64,000 nt of DNA from an uncultured archaeon (lineage in GTDB: Archaea; Asgardarchaeota; Lokiarchaeia; Sigyniarchaeales; SOKP01). Made by a program: the position numbers and the translations under genes. Below are positions 51,816 through 61,645 of this stretch, in pieces (the stretch's first letter is position 1; each line of letters starts with the position of its first letter). Under the pieces are notes generated by a model. The model saw nothing but the letters and a program-made list of their open reading frames with translations, searched no databases and had not been told where the DNA came from. The DNA lies in contig CAZOYD010000004.1 of NCBI GenBank assembly GCA_964583985.1, positions 24,023-88,022 on the forward strand, in the 5' to 3' direction.

Positions 51816-52034
51816 TTGAATGGAATCATGCTAGACAAACAAAAGGAAAAATTGGCTAAATTGTGTGAACACTGGGCAAATCACAATGAATCTCACATGG
51901 AAAGTTTTGTAAAATGGCGGGATATAGCAAATGAGATGCAGTTAAAATCAGCGGTTGAAGATTTAAATAAAGCAATTGAATCAATGAAGGAGTGCAATAA
52001 ACACTTGCTCTCTGTAATAGATGGCATTAAATAA
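51816..52034 (+). CDS. Small helical His-motif protein (likely start ATG 51828), possible metal chaperone
   Basis: EHWANHNESH motif; directly downstream of cdhA. Confidence 0.65.
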   Translation: MNGIMLDKQKEKLAKLCEHWANHNESHMESFVKWRDIANEMQLKSAVEDLNKAIESMKECNKHLLSVIDGIK

Positions 52035-52066
52035 TAATAAGGTATAACCTTTTTTTTAGCGATCTT

Positions 52067-53287
52067 TTAGATGAACAAATTGATTAAGGGCAATAATTCT
52101 TTCTTGAAATAACCTATTTTATCATGCAATAATTGCGGATTTTCAGAAAGGAACCATAGATATACGGGGATATTTAATTCGGAATACTCAAATAGCTTTT
52201 CACCTCGAATCGTAAATCCATTCAATGGAAACTCGAGTGTCATGATACTTTCACGCATTAATCCCATGGATTGATGGAAATTTGAAAGGGTTTGCAACAA
52301 TAGAGCAGTATTATTCAATATTGCTTCACCAATATCATCTGAAGTGTATGTGCCGAAAATTAAACCGTCCATCGAAATTAAGCTGGTGGATTTTCCTTTA
52401 ATTGAACCAGTGAAATCCTCTAATATATTTTCAATAATTTCAGACGTTTCAGATACTTTCTTTAATGCTATGCTAAACATTTGCATGATGGTTTCTTTTT
52501 GATAAATGGTTGTATCAGCAAAATCGACTTTAAAGTTGCTAAATTCACTAGAAATTTGAGTGAATTTACTTTTAATGGCTTTAACATTGTTCTCCCACTC
52601 TAAGGTTCTTCGAAAATCTTGATCACTCTTGCTAAGAACCACAAATACTGGGGGATTTTCATTTAAATCGCGGAGTGCGTTTAATACTTGCCGATAATAA
52701 TTAGCCGCTTCAGGAAATCGATCCGAATCTTTTGTATCTATAACATACAAGACTAAATCAGCATCGGTAAAAAATAGATCAGGTCTATTAAAGTACAATT
52801 TTTCCCGATATTGTACTTGCCCTCCTAAATCCCAAGAGATGATTGGATAACCAAAAAAATCTAGTTTCTCTCGTTTAACGCCTCTCGTTGGTAATAATGA
52901 TTTGATAATCGAGAATTTATCTTGTAAAACTGCCAAGATGGAACTTTTTCCTCCATTATCCAAGCCAATCATGAGGATTTTTTTGTGTGATTTCATTTGT
53001 TCTTTGATCGTTTTAACTACTACTTTGGCTATTTTAACCCATTTTGATAAAATTTGTGAAGGGATTTCCTTAATCTCTGGAAGATTATCTTCGGAAATTT
53101 TAGCCAGATCTTCGATTGATTTGATTTTATGCTCCTCTAATTTGTTAGAAGATATCTGATCAATTCCAATTAGAGTATCAGGCTTAAAATCTAATATTTC
53201 TTCAAGCTCGTTAATCAGGATCGAGCTCTTAAAGAAATCTTTTATTTTTACATTCTTCATCTCGTTATTTGACATGAAACATCGCAC
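52067..53287 (-). CDS. HhH-like + Arf/Rag-like GTPase + C-terminal roadblock-like fusion protein
   Basis: LIGID..SNKL..KIKSIEDLA; G1 GLDNGGKSS, PTRG, WDLGGQ, G4 SKSD; C-terminal SLISMDGLIFG. Confidence 0.82.
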   Translation of the reverse strand: MRCFMSNNEMKNVKIKDFFKSSILINELEEILDFKPDTLIGIDQISSNKLEEHKIKSIEDLAKISEDNLPEIKEIPSQILSKWVKIAKVVVKTIKEQMKSHKKILMIGLDNGGKSSILAVLQDKFSIIKSLLPTRGVKREKLDFFGYPIISWDLGGQVQYREKLYFNRPDLFFTDADLVLYVIDTKDSDRFPEAANYYRQVLNALRDLNENPPVFVVLSKSDQDFRRTLEWENNVKAIKSKFTQISSEFSNFKVDFADTTIYQKETIMQMFSIALKKVSETSEIIENILEDFTGSIKGKSTSLISMDGLIFGTYTSDDIGEAILNNTALLLQTLSNFHQSMGLMRESIMTLEFPLNGFTIRGEKLFEYSELNIPVYLWFLSENPQLLHDKIGYFKKELLPLINLFI

Positions 53288-53472
53288 AAGATTTCAAATA
53301 AATAGTCATTTAATTTAAAATGGTTTTATTTAATATGAAACTTCTAATTTATAAAATTAATGGAAACAAAAAAACACCCTATCCAAAAAAAAATCCATAA
53401 TTATTTATTCTTTTAATTAAATTATAAAATTAGAATCATTCATACACCGTAGATTATTTAAGGTTTAGGCTA

Positions 53473-54654
53473 GTGACTGAACGAGTTCCTGAAAATATTG
53501 TAGTTTGTATAGATACTTCTAGATCCATGTTTAGAACAGACTATAGGCCAAACAGACTAAAAGCCAGTGTAGATGCGTTGAAAAAATTGATTAGTGAAAG
53601 GTTAGCACTTGATTCTAATAGCTATTTTGCGATAGTGAAATTTTCATCGAAAGCAAAAAAAATAAGCGATTTTACCAATATTAAAGAGGATCTCTATGGA
53701 ACTCTGAATAATATTAAGTTATCAGGAAAATCATCGATGGGTGAAGCGATCGGTTTATCAATTAAAATGATTATTGCTGAATTAAGGAAAATTGCTGCAA
53801 AAACTCCGCGCATCCTCCTTGTAACTGATGGGATGTATTCAAAAATGGCGGTGGATCCTTTAAAGATGGCTAGATTAGCTCAAGGATTGAAAATTAAAAT
53901 TGATTCTATGCGCTTAGGAGAATTGTCAACCAATAATATATTGAAGAAAATTAGCGATATTACAGGAGGAAATTATTACTTTAATAATGATAGTGATACT
54001 TTACTTCGATCAGCCCATGATCTAGCAGAGTCAAATATCAAGACTTATGGTGGAGGTATAGGCACGTTTATACAAAATTCTGTTTTTCTGAGAAAAATAG
54101 CTGCCGATTTACTGAGAGTTCAAGATTTAACCAAAGATCAAGAGCAAAGATTATTACAAATAAGAGGATTAGCAGATTATAAAAAATGCTCAATTTGTTT
54201 CTCTGATACTAATCCTTATACTAAAAGTTCATTTTACGTGAGTGGTAGATATTGTCCCAGTTGCCAAACCCCGTATCATATTCATTGTTTAGCAGGGTGG
54301 GCAGAATCACAAAAAGATGCCAAAATGAAACGTGCTGGAACTGTGAGATGTCCACATTGTTTCTATTTATTGAAAATTCCTACAGAAGTCACACAAATTC
54401 AAAAATTTAAAACGCTAGCAAGACCAAGTATTCAATCTAGAGAGTTGCCTGAAGGTCCGCAACAATTTGACGCTAAAATAGTAAAATTTGATTCGGATGC
54501 AATGTTTATTTCATGTCCAGTATGTAATTTAATCTTTGATGATGGGCAAAAAATTGTAAAATGTGGAAGTTGTGGAACTCTTTATCATGAACATTGCTTT
54601 AAAGAATTAAAAAATGGGCAGTGCAAAATCTGTGAATCATTCTTAAAGCTTTAA
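53473..54654 (+). CDS. vWA-domain protein with two C4HC3 RING-like fingers (Ssl1/p44- and Rpn10-like vWA)
   Basis: MIDAS DTSRS, DYRPNRL, VTDG; CSIC...CPSC..YHIHCL..W...CPHC; CPVC...CGSC..YHEHC...CKIC. Confidence 0.85.
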   Translation: MTERVPENIVVCIDTSRSMFRTDYRPNRLKASVDALKKLISERLALDSNSYFAIVKFSSKAKKISDFTNIKEDLYGTLNNIKLSGKSSMGEAIGLSIKMIIAELRKIAAKTPRILLVTDGMYSKMAVDPLKMARLAQGLKIKIDSMRLGELSTNNILKKISDITGGNYYFNNDSDTLLRSAHDLAESNIKTYGGGIGTFIQNSVFLRKIAADLLRVQDLTKDQEQRLLQIRGLADYKKCSICFSDTNPYTKSSFYVSGRYCPSCQTPYHIHCLAGWAESQKDAKMKRAGTVRCPHCFYLLKIPTEVTQIQKFKTLARPSIQSRELPEGPQQFDAKIVKFDSDAMFISCPVCNLIFDDGQKIVKCGSCGTLYHEHCFKELKNGQCKICESFLKL

Positions 54655-54755
54655 ACATTAATAATGGCGATAATAAACTATTTTTGTGAAAGGGTGAATA
54701 TTAAATTCTCAAGTAATCGATATAACATCAAGGTTGTGAGGGAAAAGTCGTAATC

Positions 54756-55631
54756 ATGCCAGATTTTTATGAATATGGAACTCTTAAATTGGGATATGGG
54801 AATTTTAAACGTCCTCCAATATTAATTGGAACCATGTTTTATCAAGGTCAAACACTCGTAGAACGTGATGATCCTTCTAAATTCAATATTGAAAAAGCAG
54901 AAAAACGGATATTAAAGCAAAAGTCCTTAGCAATGCAATATAAAATTCCAGATTTATTAGAAATTTCTGCTGATACTCCTAAAGCAATGTTGAAGTATCT
55001 AGATTTTTACCTTGATCATTTTGAGCCTCCATTTGTTCTTGGGGGTACTCTTGAAGCAAGATCTGCAGGACTTGAATATCTTAATGAACGAGGGATAAAA
55101 CCGACTGAATTTATATACAATGCAATCTCGAATTTAAAAAATAAAGCTGAAATAGATCTTCTTAAGAGATTTAAAATTCAATCTGCAGTAATTTTGATTT
55201 TAGCTTCACCAGATATGACATCTACTCAACGATATGCTTATATCACGGAGAAAAGCCAACAAAATGATATTAATATAATAGATGGTTTGAAGAAATTGGG
55301 TATTGAGAGAATTTGGATTGATGGAGGTGTCATAAATCTAGAAAGTTTAGCACATATTATGGAAACACAACAAATGATATCAACATCACTTAAATTACCT
55401 GTCGGTACGGCTCCAAACCTCTTTCTATTCAAGTATTCGTCTCCTCGATTAAACGAGAAATTTCACACTAGATACAGAAGGGCCAGCATCATGTTCATCG
55501 CTACTTGGTACTCGAATTTTATATATTATGGTCCAATTGAAGATGCAACTGAGTGTTTTGCATCAGCATATCAATCTTATGAGTATAAAAAAATAGTATC
55601 TGAACATAATATCCGACTTATGGATAGTTAA
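54756..55631 (+). CDS. MtrH-family pterin methyltransferase homolog
   Basis: PPILIGTMFY, KFNIEKAE, IYNAI, LPVGTAP.N, YYGPIEDA. Confidence 0.78.
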   Translation: MPDFYEYGTLKLGYGNFKRPPILIGTMFYQGQTLVERDDPSKFNIEKAEKRILKQKSLAMQYKIPDLLEISADTPKAMLKYLDFYLDHFEPPFVLGGTLEARSAGLEYLNERGIKPTEFIYNAISNLKNKAEIDLLKRFKIQSAVILILASPDMTSTQRYAYITEKSQQNDINIIDGLKKLGIERIWIDGGVINLESLAHIMETQQMISTSLKLPVGTAPNLFLFKYSSPRLNEKFHTRYRRASIMFIATWYSNFIYYGPIEDATECFASAYQSYEYKKIVSEHNIRLMDS

Positions 55632-55798
55632 ATTATTAGAAAAAATAATGCTTAATTCATTAAATAAAGTATAAATAAAGCTATTTTCTATGAATAAATA
55701 TAGTTAAAGTAATTCTGAAATTATTTGAATTATACTTGGAAAAGCTGAAAGAAATAAAAATAGAGAGATACTACTATCGTTGTTGGAGGTCATGAATA

Positions 55799-56953
55799 AT
55801 GTTTAATCAAGATGATAAAGAAGAACAAGAAATTCAAGCAATAAAGCTTATAGATCAAGCAGAAGTGCTTGCTGATCGAGGAAAAGGAGAAGAAGCAATT
55901 AAAATATATGAACAAGCAGCACAAATATATTTAGATCTTGGAAGCTATTTAAAATTGGATGAACTATTCATCCGAATAACATCCATAATACTAAAATTTA
56001 AAAATCACATCCAGGCTACATACAGATTGAAATCAATCATTAGAAAAACGGAGGAATTAAAGCTATTTGAAATTTCTGCCAAATTATTAGTTAATTTAGG
56101 AAATATTGCTTTTAAAATGAATGATTGGGAGACTGCTGGTGAGAGTTGGAGTCAAGCTTCTGATTATTTATATACAGCAGATCCTGAAGAATTTCATAAT
56201 TTAGCTTCGATCCTATTACTAAAAGCAGGACAATCTTATGAACGGGCATCGCAAACCAGAGAATTGGGAAAGAAACTTATTTTCAAAGCAGTAATGAGAC
56301 ATAACAAGTTTTTTGAACTTTACCAAGAAGAAGAAAAACAGGCTCAATTGTTAATAGCAAATAAAGATTTTGAAGCAGCATCTAGAAAATTCCTTGAAGT
56401 CTCCCATTATTTCAAGAAAACATTGGATAATTTAGGTGATCTTTTAAATGATGAGGAAGATAAAGATACCATGCTTAACGCAAAAGCAAGATTCATTCAT
56501 TTTGTTGCAGAGTATCAAACAATATCGGCCATCTGCTTATTTGCAACAAATAATCCAGAAAATAACGAGCAGATACAAGATCTTGGAAGGAATTCCATTA
56601 ATTTATTTAAGGATTCCATATCCTTACTTCAAGATTATTTATACTCCAAAAAGAAAGAATTTGATAAGGAGATAGTACTAAGAATAACCTTTGATACAAT
56701 GTTATTAGCAATTATTCAAAGAATGTTGAATATTAAAGAAATCAACTGCATTGAAAATCTCTTAACCCCAATTGAAAGCAATAAAGCTATTGTCAAGGAT
56801 ATTAAGAAAAGTCCCTACTTTAAAATAACTCAACAAATTGAAGAAGTGGGAATAAATGATACTTTAAACAGTATTCTAAAAATAAATTTAGGACACTTCG
56901 AAAACATAAAAAATGCCCTGGTTACGCATTTTCTGAATCAAAATCCAATATAA
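55799..56953 (+). CDS. TPR/alpha-SNAP-like helical repeat protein
   Basis: AIKIYEQAAQIY, AGESWSQASDY, LLLKAGQSYE helical repeats; GGAGGT SD. Confidence 0.65.
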   Translation: MFNQDDKEEQEIQAIKLIDQAEVLADRGKGEEAIKIYEQAAQIYLDLGSYLKLDELFIRITSIILKFKNHIQATYRLKSIIRKTEELKLFEISAKLLVNLGNIAFKMNDWETAGESWSQASDYLYTADPEEFHNLASILLLKAGQSYERASQTRELGKKLIFKAVMRHNKFFELYQEEEKQAQLLIANKDFEAASRKFLEVSHYFKKTLDNLGDLLNDEEDKDTMLNAKARFIHFVAEYQTISAICLFATNNPENNEQIQDLGRNSINLFKDSISLLQDYLYSKKKEFDKEIVLRITFDTMLLAIIQRMLNIKEINCIENLLTPIESNKAIVKDIKKSPYFKITQQIEEVGINDTLNSILKINLGHFENIKNALVTHFLNQNPI

Positions 56954-56990
56954 ACGCATTTAATGGAACTAAGATAAATCTATTTCATTT

Positions 56991-57350
56991 TTAAAATTGA
57001 ATCAATAGCTTATTATATTTGAGCTTACTTATTTTTCGTACACCATGTTGTCCTGAACAATAGTTACACTCAATTAATCCTGCCTCCTTAAGCTTTTTAA
57101 CTTGTGCTGAGATGTTTGCTTCTGTCATATCTAACTTAGAAGCAAGATCTGAAACATCGAGATTATCTTCACTGACTTGAATATGTCGCAAGATTTTACG
57201 ACGAGTCTCTGATGAAAGTGCTTTAACTATTAAATCAATTTCATTATCGGAAACAATCGTACTAGAGTTATCCTTATCATTTACTAATCTTAATTCCAAC
57301 TGCTCTTGAATTTCTGATCCTTCTGAAAAATTTGTTTCGGTCAATTCCAT
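56991..57350 (-). CDS. ArsR-family winged-HTH regulator
   Basis: KALSSETRRKIL, VSDLA..L, NISAQVKKLKEAGLI, GQHGVRK. Confidence 0.9.
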   Translation of the reverse strand: MELTETNFSEGSEIQEQLELRLVNDKDNSSTIVSDNEIDLIVKALSSETRRKILRHIQVSEDNLDVSDLASKLDMTEANISAQVKKLKEAGLIECNYCSGQHGVRKISKLKYNKLLIQF

Positions 57351-57958
57351 TTAGCTTATTCAACCCTTAATATAAAAAATATTAATGCATTCAACGGGAT
57401 ACATAAGTAATTTTATCTTAATAAGTGTAATCCCTTATTCGTATGTAATTCTAAAGTGCAATTGTAACACATCAATACTTTTGATATAATAAAAAACAAA
57501 AATATTTAATTAATTGAAATTAAACCTTCTTTTTCCCTTTTAGATTAAACACTTACTTTTGACTATTTTTATGAAAGCGAAATATTAAATGCGAATCAAA
57601 TTTTAATGAAACATGTTTTATCCCCCACTATATTTAGTTAAAAGGTTGTTTATTTAATTTATAAGGATTTAAACCGAATTTAAAAATTCAATGAAATTAA
57701 AAGTAATGTTGGAAAATTTAGGATAATGATAATGAACTATTCTTTATCTTAAAAAGTATAATTCAAAATGGGAAAATAAAGTCAAATTTTCGCAGATAAT
57801 CGTAATTATAATATAAATTCGAAAGCTAGTAAATTTTTTGAAATTTATTCATAATTATTTTAAAAAAAGAAAGTATTTAATTACAAATAAGAATAATTGT
57901 TACTTATATTACAAAAGAGTACATCTATTACTAATTAAAATGATGAGATTGAATAAAA

Positions 57959-58561
57959 ATGAGCAGACTAACAAGTTCAGAAACAAGTGTTTTAACTATT
58001 AGAATAGATAAAGAATTAAATGAACATTTAGAAAAGATGAAAAATCGATTAGGCGTGTCTAAAGCAGATATTATTAGGAATTTTCTTGAATTATCCAAGG
58101 TTTTAATAAAACAGAAAAACTCATTGAAATCATTAAATGATCGCGATTTCATAATTGTTAAAAGAAGTTTCCTAAGAAAATTAATAGTCTCTTCTGATGA
58201 ATCGGAACAAATTTTGCTCGGGGATAAATTAGCTCGATTTATAATTGATATTGCAAGAATCTCAGGAAATGTTGATGATATAAATTATAAATTAGATATG
58301 TGTGATAATTTAGGATTCTTTCCAAAATTCATTGATGAAGATAATTTTGTTTTGGTTACTAAAAAATTTGGTCCAACAAAATTTGCAGAAGCCTTCCTTT
58401 TTAGATTATTTAATCATAAAGAAATGGATAATGATTATACTGAAGAAAATCTCAAGGGAAACAAGAGTTTAACACAAAAATACAAGAATGATTTCAAGAT
58501 CGTCCAGAGATCTGAATCTCATTATACATTTGAATTTACAAAGATTGATCAAAATGTGTAA
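57959..58561 (+). CDS. RHH-domain protein with unknown C-terminal domain
   Basis: VLTIRID..LNEHL...GVSKADIIRNFL. Confidence 0.8.
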   Translation: MSRLTSSETSVLTIRIDKELNEHLEKMKNRLGVSKADIIRNFLELSKVLIKQKNSLKSLNDRDFIIVKRSFLRKLIVSSDESEQILLGDKLARFIIDIARISGNVDDINYKLDMCDNLGFFPKFIDEDNFVLVTKKFGPTKFAEAFLFRLFNHKEMDNDYTEENLKGNKSLTQKYKNDFKIVQRSESHYTFEFTKIDQNV

Positions 58562-58563
58562 AA

Positions 58564-60300
58564 TTAAATGTTATCAATTATTTCTTTTAAACCCAAGATC
58601 GGAATTATGATATTATTAGGTCTATAAAGTAATTCATAATCGAGTTCATGAAGTGCTCTTTCAATGGTATAATATTTAATTAAAATGAAATGGAGTTTTA
58701 AACTCGGATTAAATATTTTGCTTACTAATTTTTTTTCCCAAGAATTCAGGAGATTTAATAATATCTCCAATATTTTTTGCTTTTTTGTAATCTTAGCAGA
58801 TTTCCTGAAATACATGCTGAAAAGAAATTCTTCGGGTACTTCAAATTTTTGTTTGTCAATGATTTTTTCTCCTATGAAATTAATTAACGTATTAAATTTA
58901 ATATAGCTTAGCGATCTCAAAAATGATCCAAGATCTTTTTCAATTGGAAATCGAGATTTCTTTTCTTCAATAGATAATTGTGGATCTCCTTCAAAATCAA
59001 TGAAATAATACTTATAATGGCTATTTGCTTTATTAAATAGAATCTGTTGCATGTGCAAATCTTGATGAACGGGTTGAATCGTGATTTCCTTAGTATCAAA
59101 CTCAGTTCGATATCGCTCGATAATATCTTGGATATCAATTAAAATTGAAATGATTTTTGGGGATGTATAAAAAGCACGATCTTGATTTTTTTTTATATTT
59201 TTTTGGATATTTAAGATCATATCATTCAGTTTATTCGTATAATTCAATAAATATTCCTCACTGTTAATGGTTTCTTTGAAATATTGGCTATCTCCATCTA
59301 ATATCAATGCTTTATGTAAATTTTTAATTTGTATTCCGATTTCTTTCGAAACCTTCAATGATTCTCGGCAATAGTCTTTTAAAAGATCAGATATTACAAC
59401 TTGATCAGTTAAATAAGAATAATTACCATCAATATCAAAAAATAATGATTTGACCATTTGATTTAATTCATTCCAATAAATATCTCCTAAATTTCCGATG
59501 TTAGGTACATTTTCAAGGATCCCTATGGTTTCTTTTCCATTGATTTCAACCATGCCATAAATTTTAGGAGCATTTGGGAAGTGATTCTTTACTAAGACGT
59601 ACAAAGTGCGAGGTTCGACTCTTTCCGTATACTCCTTGTAAGATTTTAAAACAAACGTATCAGGCTTTTGATCTGGAACCTTTTTGTTATATATAAGAAG
59701 TAAGAATAGCACATTTGTGGTATTCCCTCCTCCTAATAATTGAAGTGAGAGATCATATCTATCAGGATATAATCCGGCTTCTATTAAGGTTCGTGCTTTT
59801 TTAAGATGTTTTTCGTTTTCAAATTGATCTTCATAGAGCTTGAGATCTAAATTCATGGAAGGAAACAATTCAGAGATCTTCTTGTTAAAAAGAAGTTTTT
59901 TCCAAAACTTCGCGCAAAATTCGGCTTCCAATAAATTCAAAGATAAAACATTATCAAAAATTTCATCCGAAGTATTTAAAGCTATAATTTTACTAAATGT
60001 TTTCTCCGTGAGTGTTACTATTAACTCACGATTATTTTCTTTTGGACCTAATACTTCTTGAATTTTCTCATATCGAACTAAGGGTAGAAAATATTCCTTG
60101 GAGTAATCTCTGGCAGTAATTCTGATGATTATTAAAAATATATCTTCTGATAATAGTTGAAAGTAAGTAATATTGACACTAAAATCTAAAGTGGATAAGG
60201 AAGATTTATCTCCAAACCATCTTTTTGAAATCAGCCATGCTTTAAATTCATTCGAATTAAAAACTTGCTGTAAAAGACTCTTATCTATCATGCTTGACAT
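58564..60300 (-). CDS. Maltokinase (Mak/Pep2)-like kinase
   Basis: Cap motif WLISKRWFGDK, FVLK, HQDLHMQQIL, IDFEGDP, KDLGSFLRSLSY, ERALHELDYEL.RP. Confidence 0.85.
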   Translation of the reverse strand: MSSMIDKSLLQQVFNSNEFKAWLISKRWFGDKSSLSTLDFSVNITYFQLLSEDIFLIIIRITARDYSKEYFLPLVRYEKIQEVLGPKENNRELIVTLTEKTFSKIIALNTSDEIFDNVLSLNLLEAEFCAKFWKKLLFNKKISELFPSMNLDLKLYEDQFENEKHLKKARTLIEAGLYPDRYDLSLQLLGGGNTTNVLFLLLIYNKKVPDQKPDTFVLKSYKEYTERVEPRTLYVLVKNHFPNAPKIYGMVEINGKETIGILENVPNIGNLGDIYWNELNQMVKSLFFDIDGNYSYLTDQVVISDLLKDYCRESLKVSKEIGIQIKNLHKALILDGDSQYFKETINSEEYLLNYTNKLNDMILNIQKNIKKNQDRAFYTSPKIISILIDIQDIIERYRTEFDTKEITIQPVHQDLHMQQILFNKANSHYKYYFIDFEGDPQLSIEEKKSRFPIEKDLGSFLRSLSYIKFNTLINFIGEKIIDKQKFEVPEEFLFSMYFRKSAKITKKQKILEILLNLLNSWEKKLVSKIFNPSLKLHFILIKYYTIERALHELDYELLYRPNNIIIPILGLKEIIDNI

Positions 60301-60484
60301 GCTCGTTAACCTCGAAAATAGAATTACATTGATGAGATCTCAGATATTCTACTATCTTACTTATTGAATTGTCGTTATCTTTAAAATTTATTTTAATTAT
60401 GAAAAAAAAAAGATATAAACTTAAAAATGAATAATTCAATATATTTCTATTTTTAGATCAAAGAAAAAGAGGAGATAATTAGAA

Positions 60485-60856
60485 ATGAGTCATCACTTTG
60501 ACTATTCGATTGATCTTGAGGTTAAATTTAAATCTTTAGAGATTATAGACGTTTCAACTTTAATAGCAAACTGTTCAAAAAAGTGGCAAAATTTAACACT
60601 ATGTAAAGTCAATGATTCTGTAATTAGACTAGCTATTATTGAAGGAGAATTTCACTGGCACAAACATGATAAGGATGATGAGTTCTTTTATGTAATTGAA
60701 GGATCACTTCTTATTGACTTAGAAGAAAAAACATTAAAATTAAAACCCAATCAAGGTATTATGGTTCCAATGGGTGTTTTACATCGAACGAGAGCTCCAT
60801 CTCGTACTACAATTCTAATTATGGAAAAAATATCTACTAATCCTACAGGAGATTAA
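60485..60856 (+). CDS. Cupin-domain protein
   Basis: GEFHWHKH..DEFFYV.EG and VPMGVLHRT. Confidence 0.9.
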   Translation: MSHHFDYSIDLEVKFKSLEIIDVSTLIANCSKKWQNLTLCKVNDSVIRLAIIEGEFHWHKHDKDDEFFYVIEGSLLIDLEEKTLKLKPNQGIMVPMGVLHRTRAPSRTTILIMEKISTNPTGD

Positions 60857-60867
60857 AAAAACCCAAT

Positions 60868-61476
60868 TTACAAATCTTCATATTTATTACGGATATTTGA
60901 ATCTAACATATCTACATCAAATTCTTTCTTTCCTGAGCGTAGATGATAATATATGATTTCACTTAAGGTGGCATAAGCTTTTGCAATATTCACATCATAG
61001 AGAGTGGATGTTTCAATATATCCTGCTAGCTTCGATTTTTTAGAATATTCCTTAACATCATTATTATTTATTTGCCGTTGATTTTCTAAATCGGATTTAT
61101 TTCCTATTAATATTATTGGGATACCATTTACATGTCTTCTTATATCTGTTATATATTTTTTGGCAGCAGCATAACTCTCTAAATCATTAAGTGAAAATAA
61201 AACAAATGCTCCAAGTGCCCCTCTAAAGAAGAACGATTGGGATGAATAAAACTTTTTATCTGAAGCACAATTCCAACAGGCTAACGTCGCAAATTTACCG
61301 TCTGGGAGTAATTCTTCTTTTACATATATGTCTACTCCAATTGTTTCACGGAACCTATTAGAAAAACTATCGGAATATTTTGAACAAAATGAAGTTTTAC
61401 CAGAATTAACAGATCCAAGTACTAAGATTTTTAATTTGAAAGAACTCTTAACTTTAGTTAAAGCTGATAAGCTCAT
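60868..61476 (-). CDS. Rab-like small GTPase with non-canonical G3 motif
   Basis: G1 GSVNSGKTS, TIGVD, FFRGA, GNKSDL, ETST; G3 reads WNCAS. Confidence 0.88.
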   Translation of the reverse strand: MSLSALTKVKSSFKLKILVLGSVNSGKTSFCSKYSDSFSNRFRETIGVDIYVKEELLPDGKFATLACWNCASDKKFYSSQSFFFRGALGAFVLFSLNDLESYAAAKKYITDIRRHVNGIPIILIGNKSDLENQRQINNNDVKEYSKKSKLAGYIETSTLYDVNIAKAYATLSEIIYYHLRSGKKEFDVDMLDSNIRNKYEDL

Positions 61477-61645
61477 GTTATCACATATCCTAATTCCAAC
61501 TTAATATATATTTAGGTCACAATATGTTTTATATCTTTTTTTATTTAAAAAAGAATATTTTATTCTTCACCTATTTTAAAATAAAATTTTAATTATTCAT
61601 TGTTTTAGTATATAATAATTATAACAAAAATTTAGAATTTTTGAT

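Noticed and set aside
60868-60885. C-terminal YEDL of the Rab-like protein resembles KDEL
   Set aside because: Cytosolic protein with no signal peptide; a four-residue coincidence.
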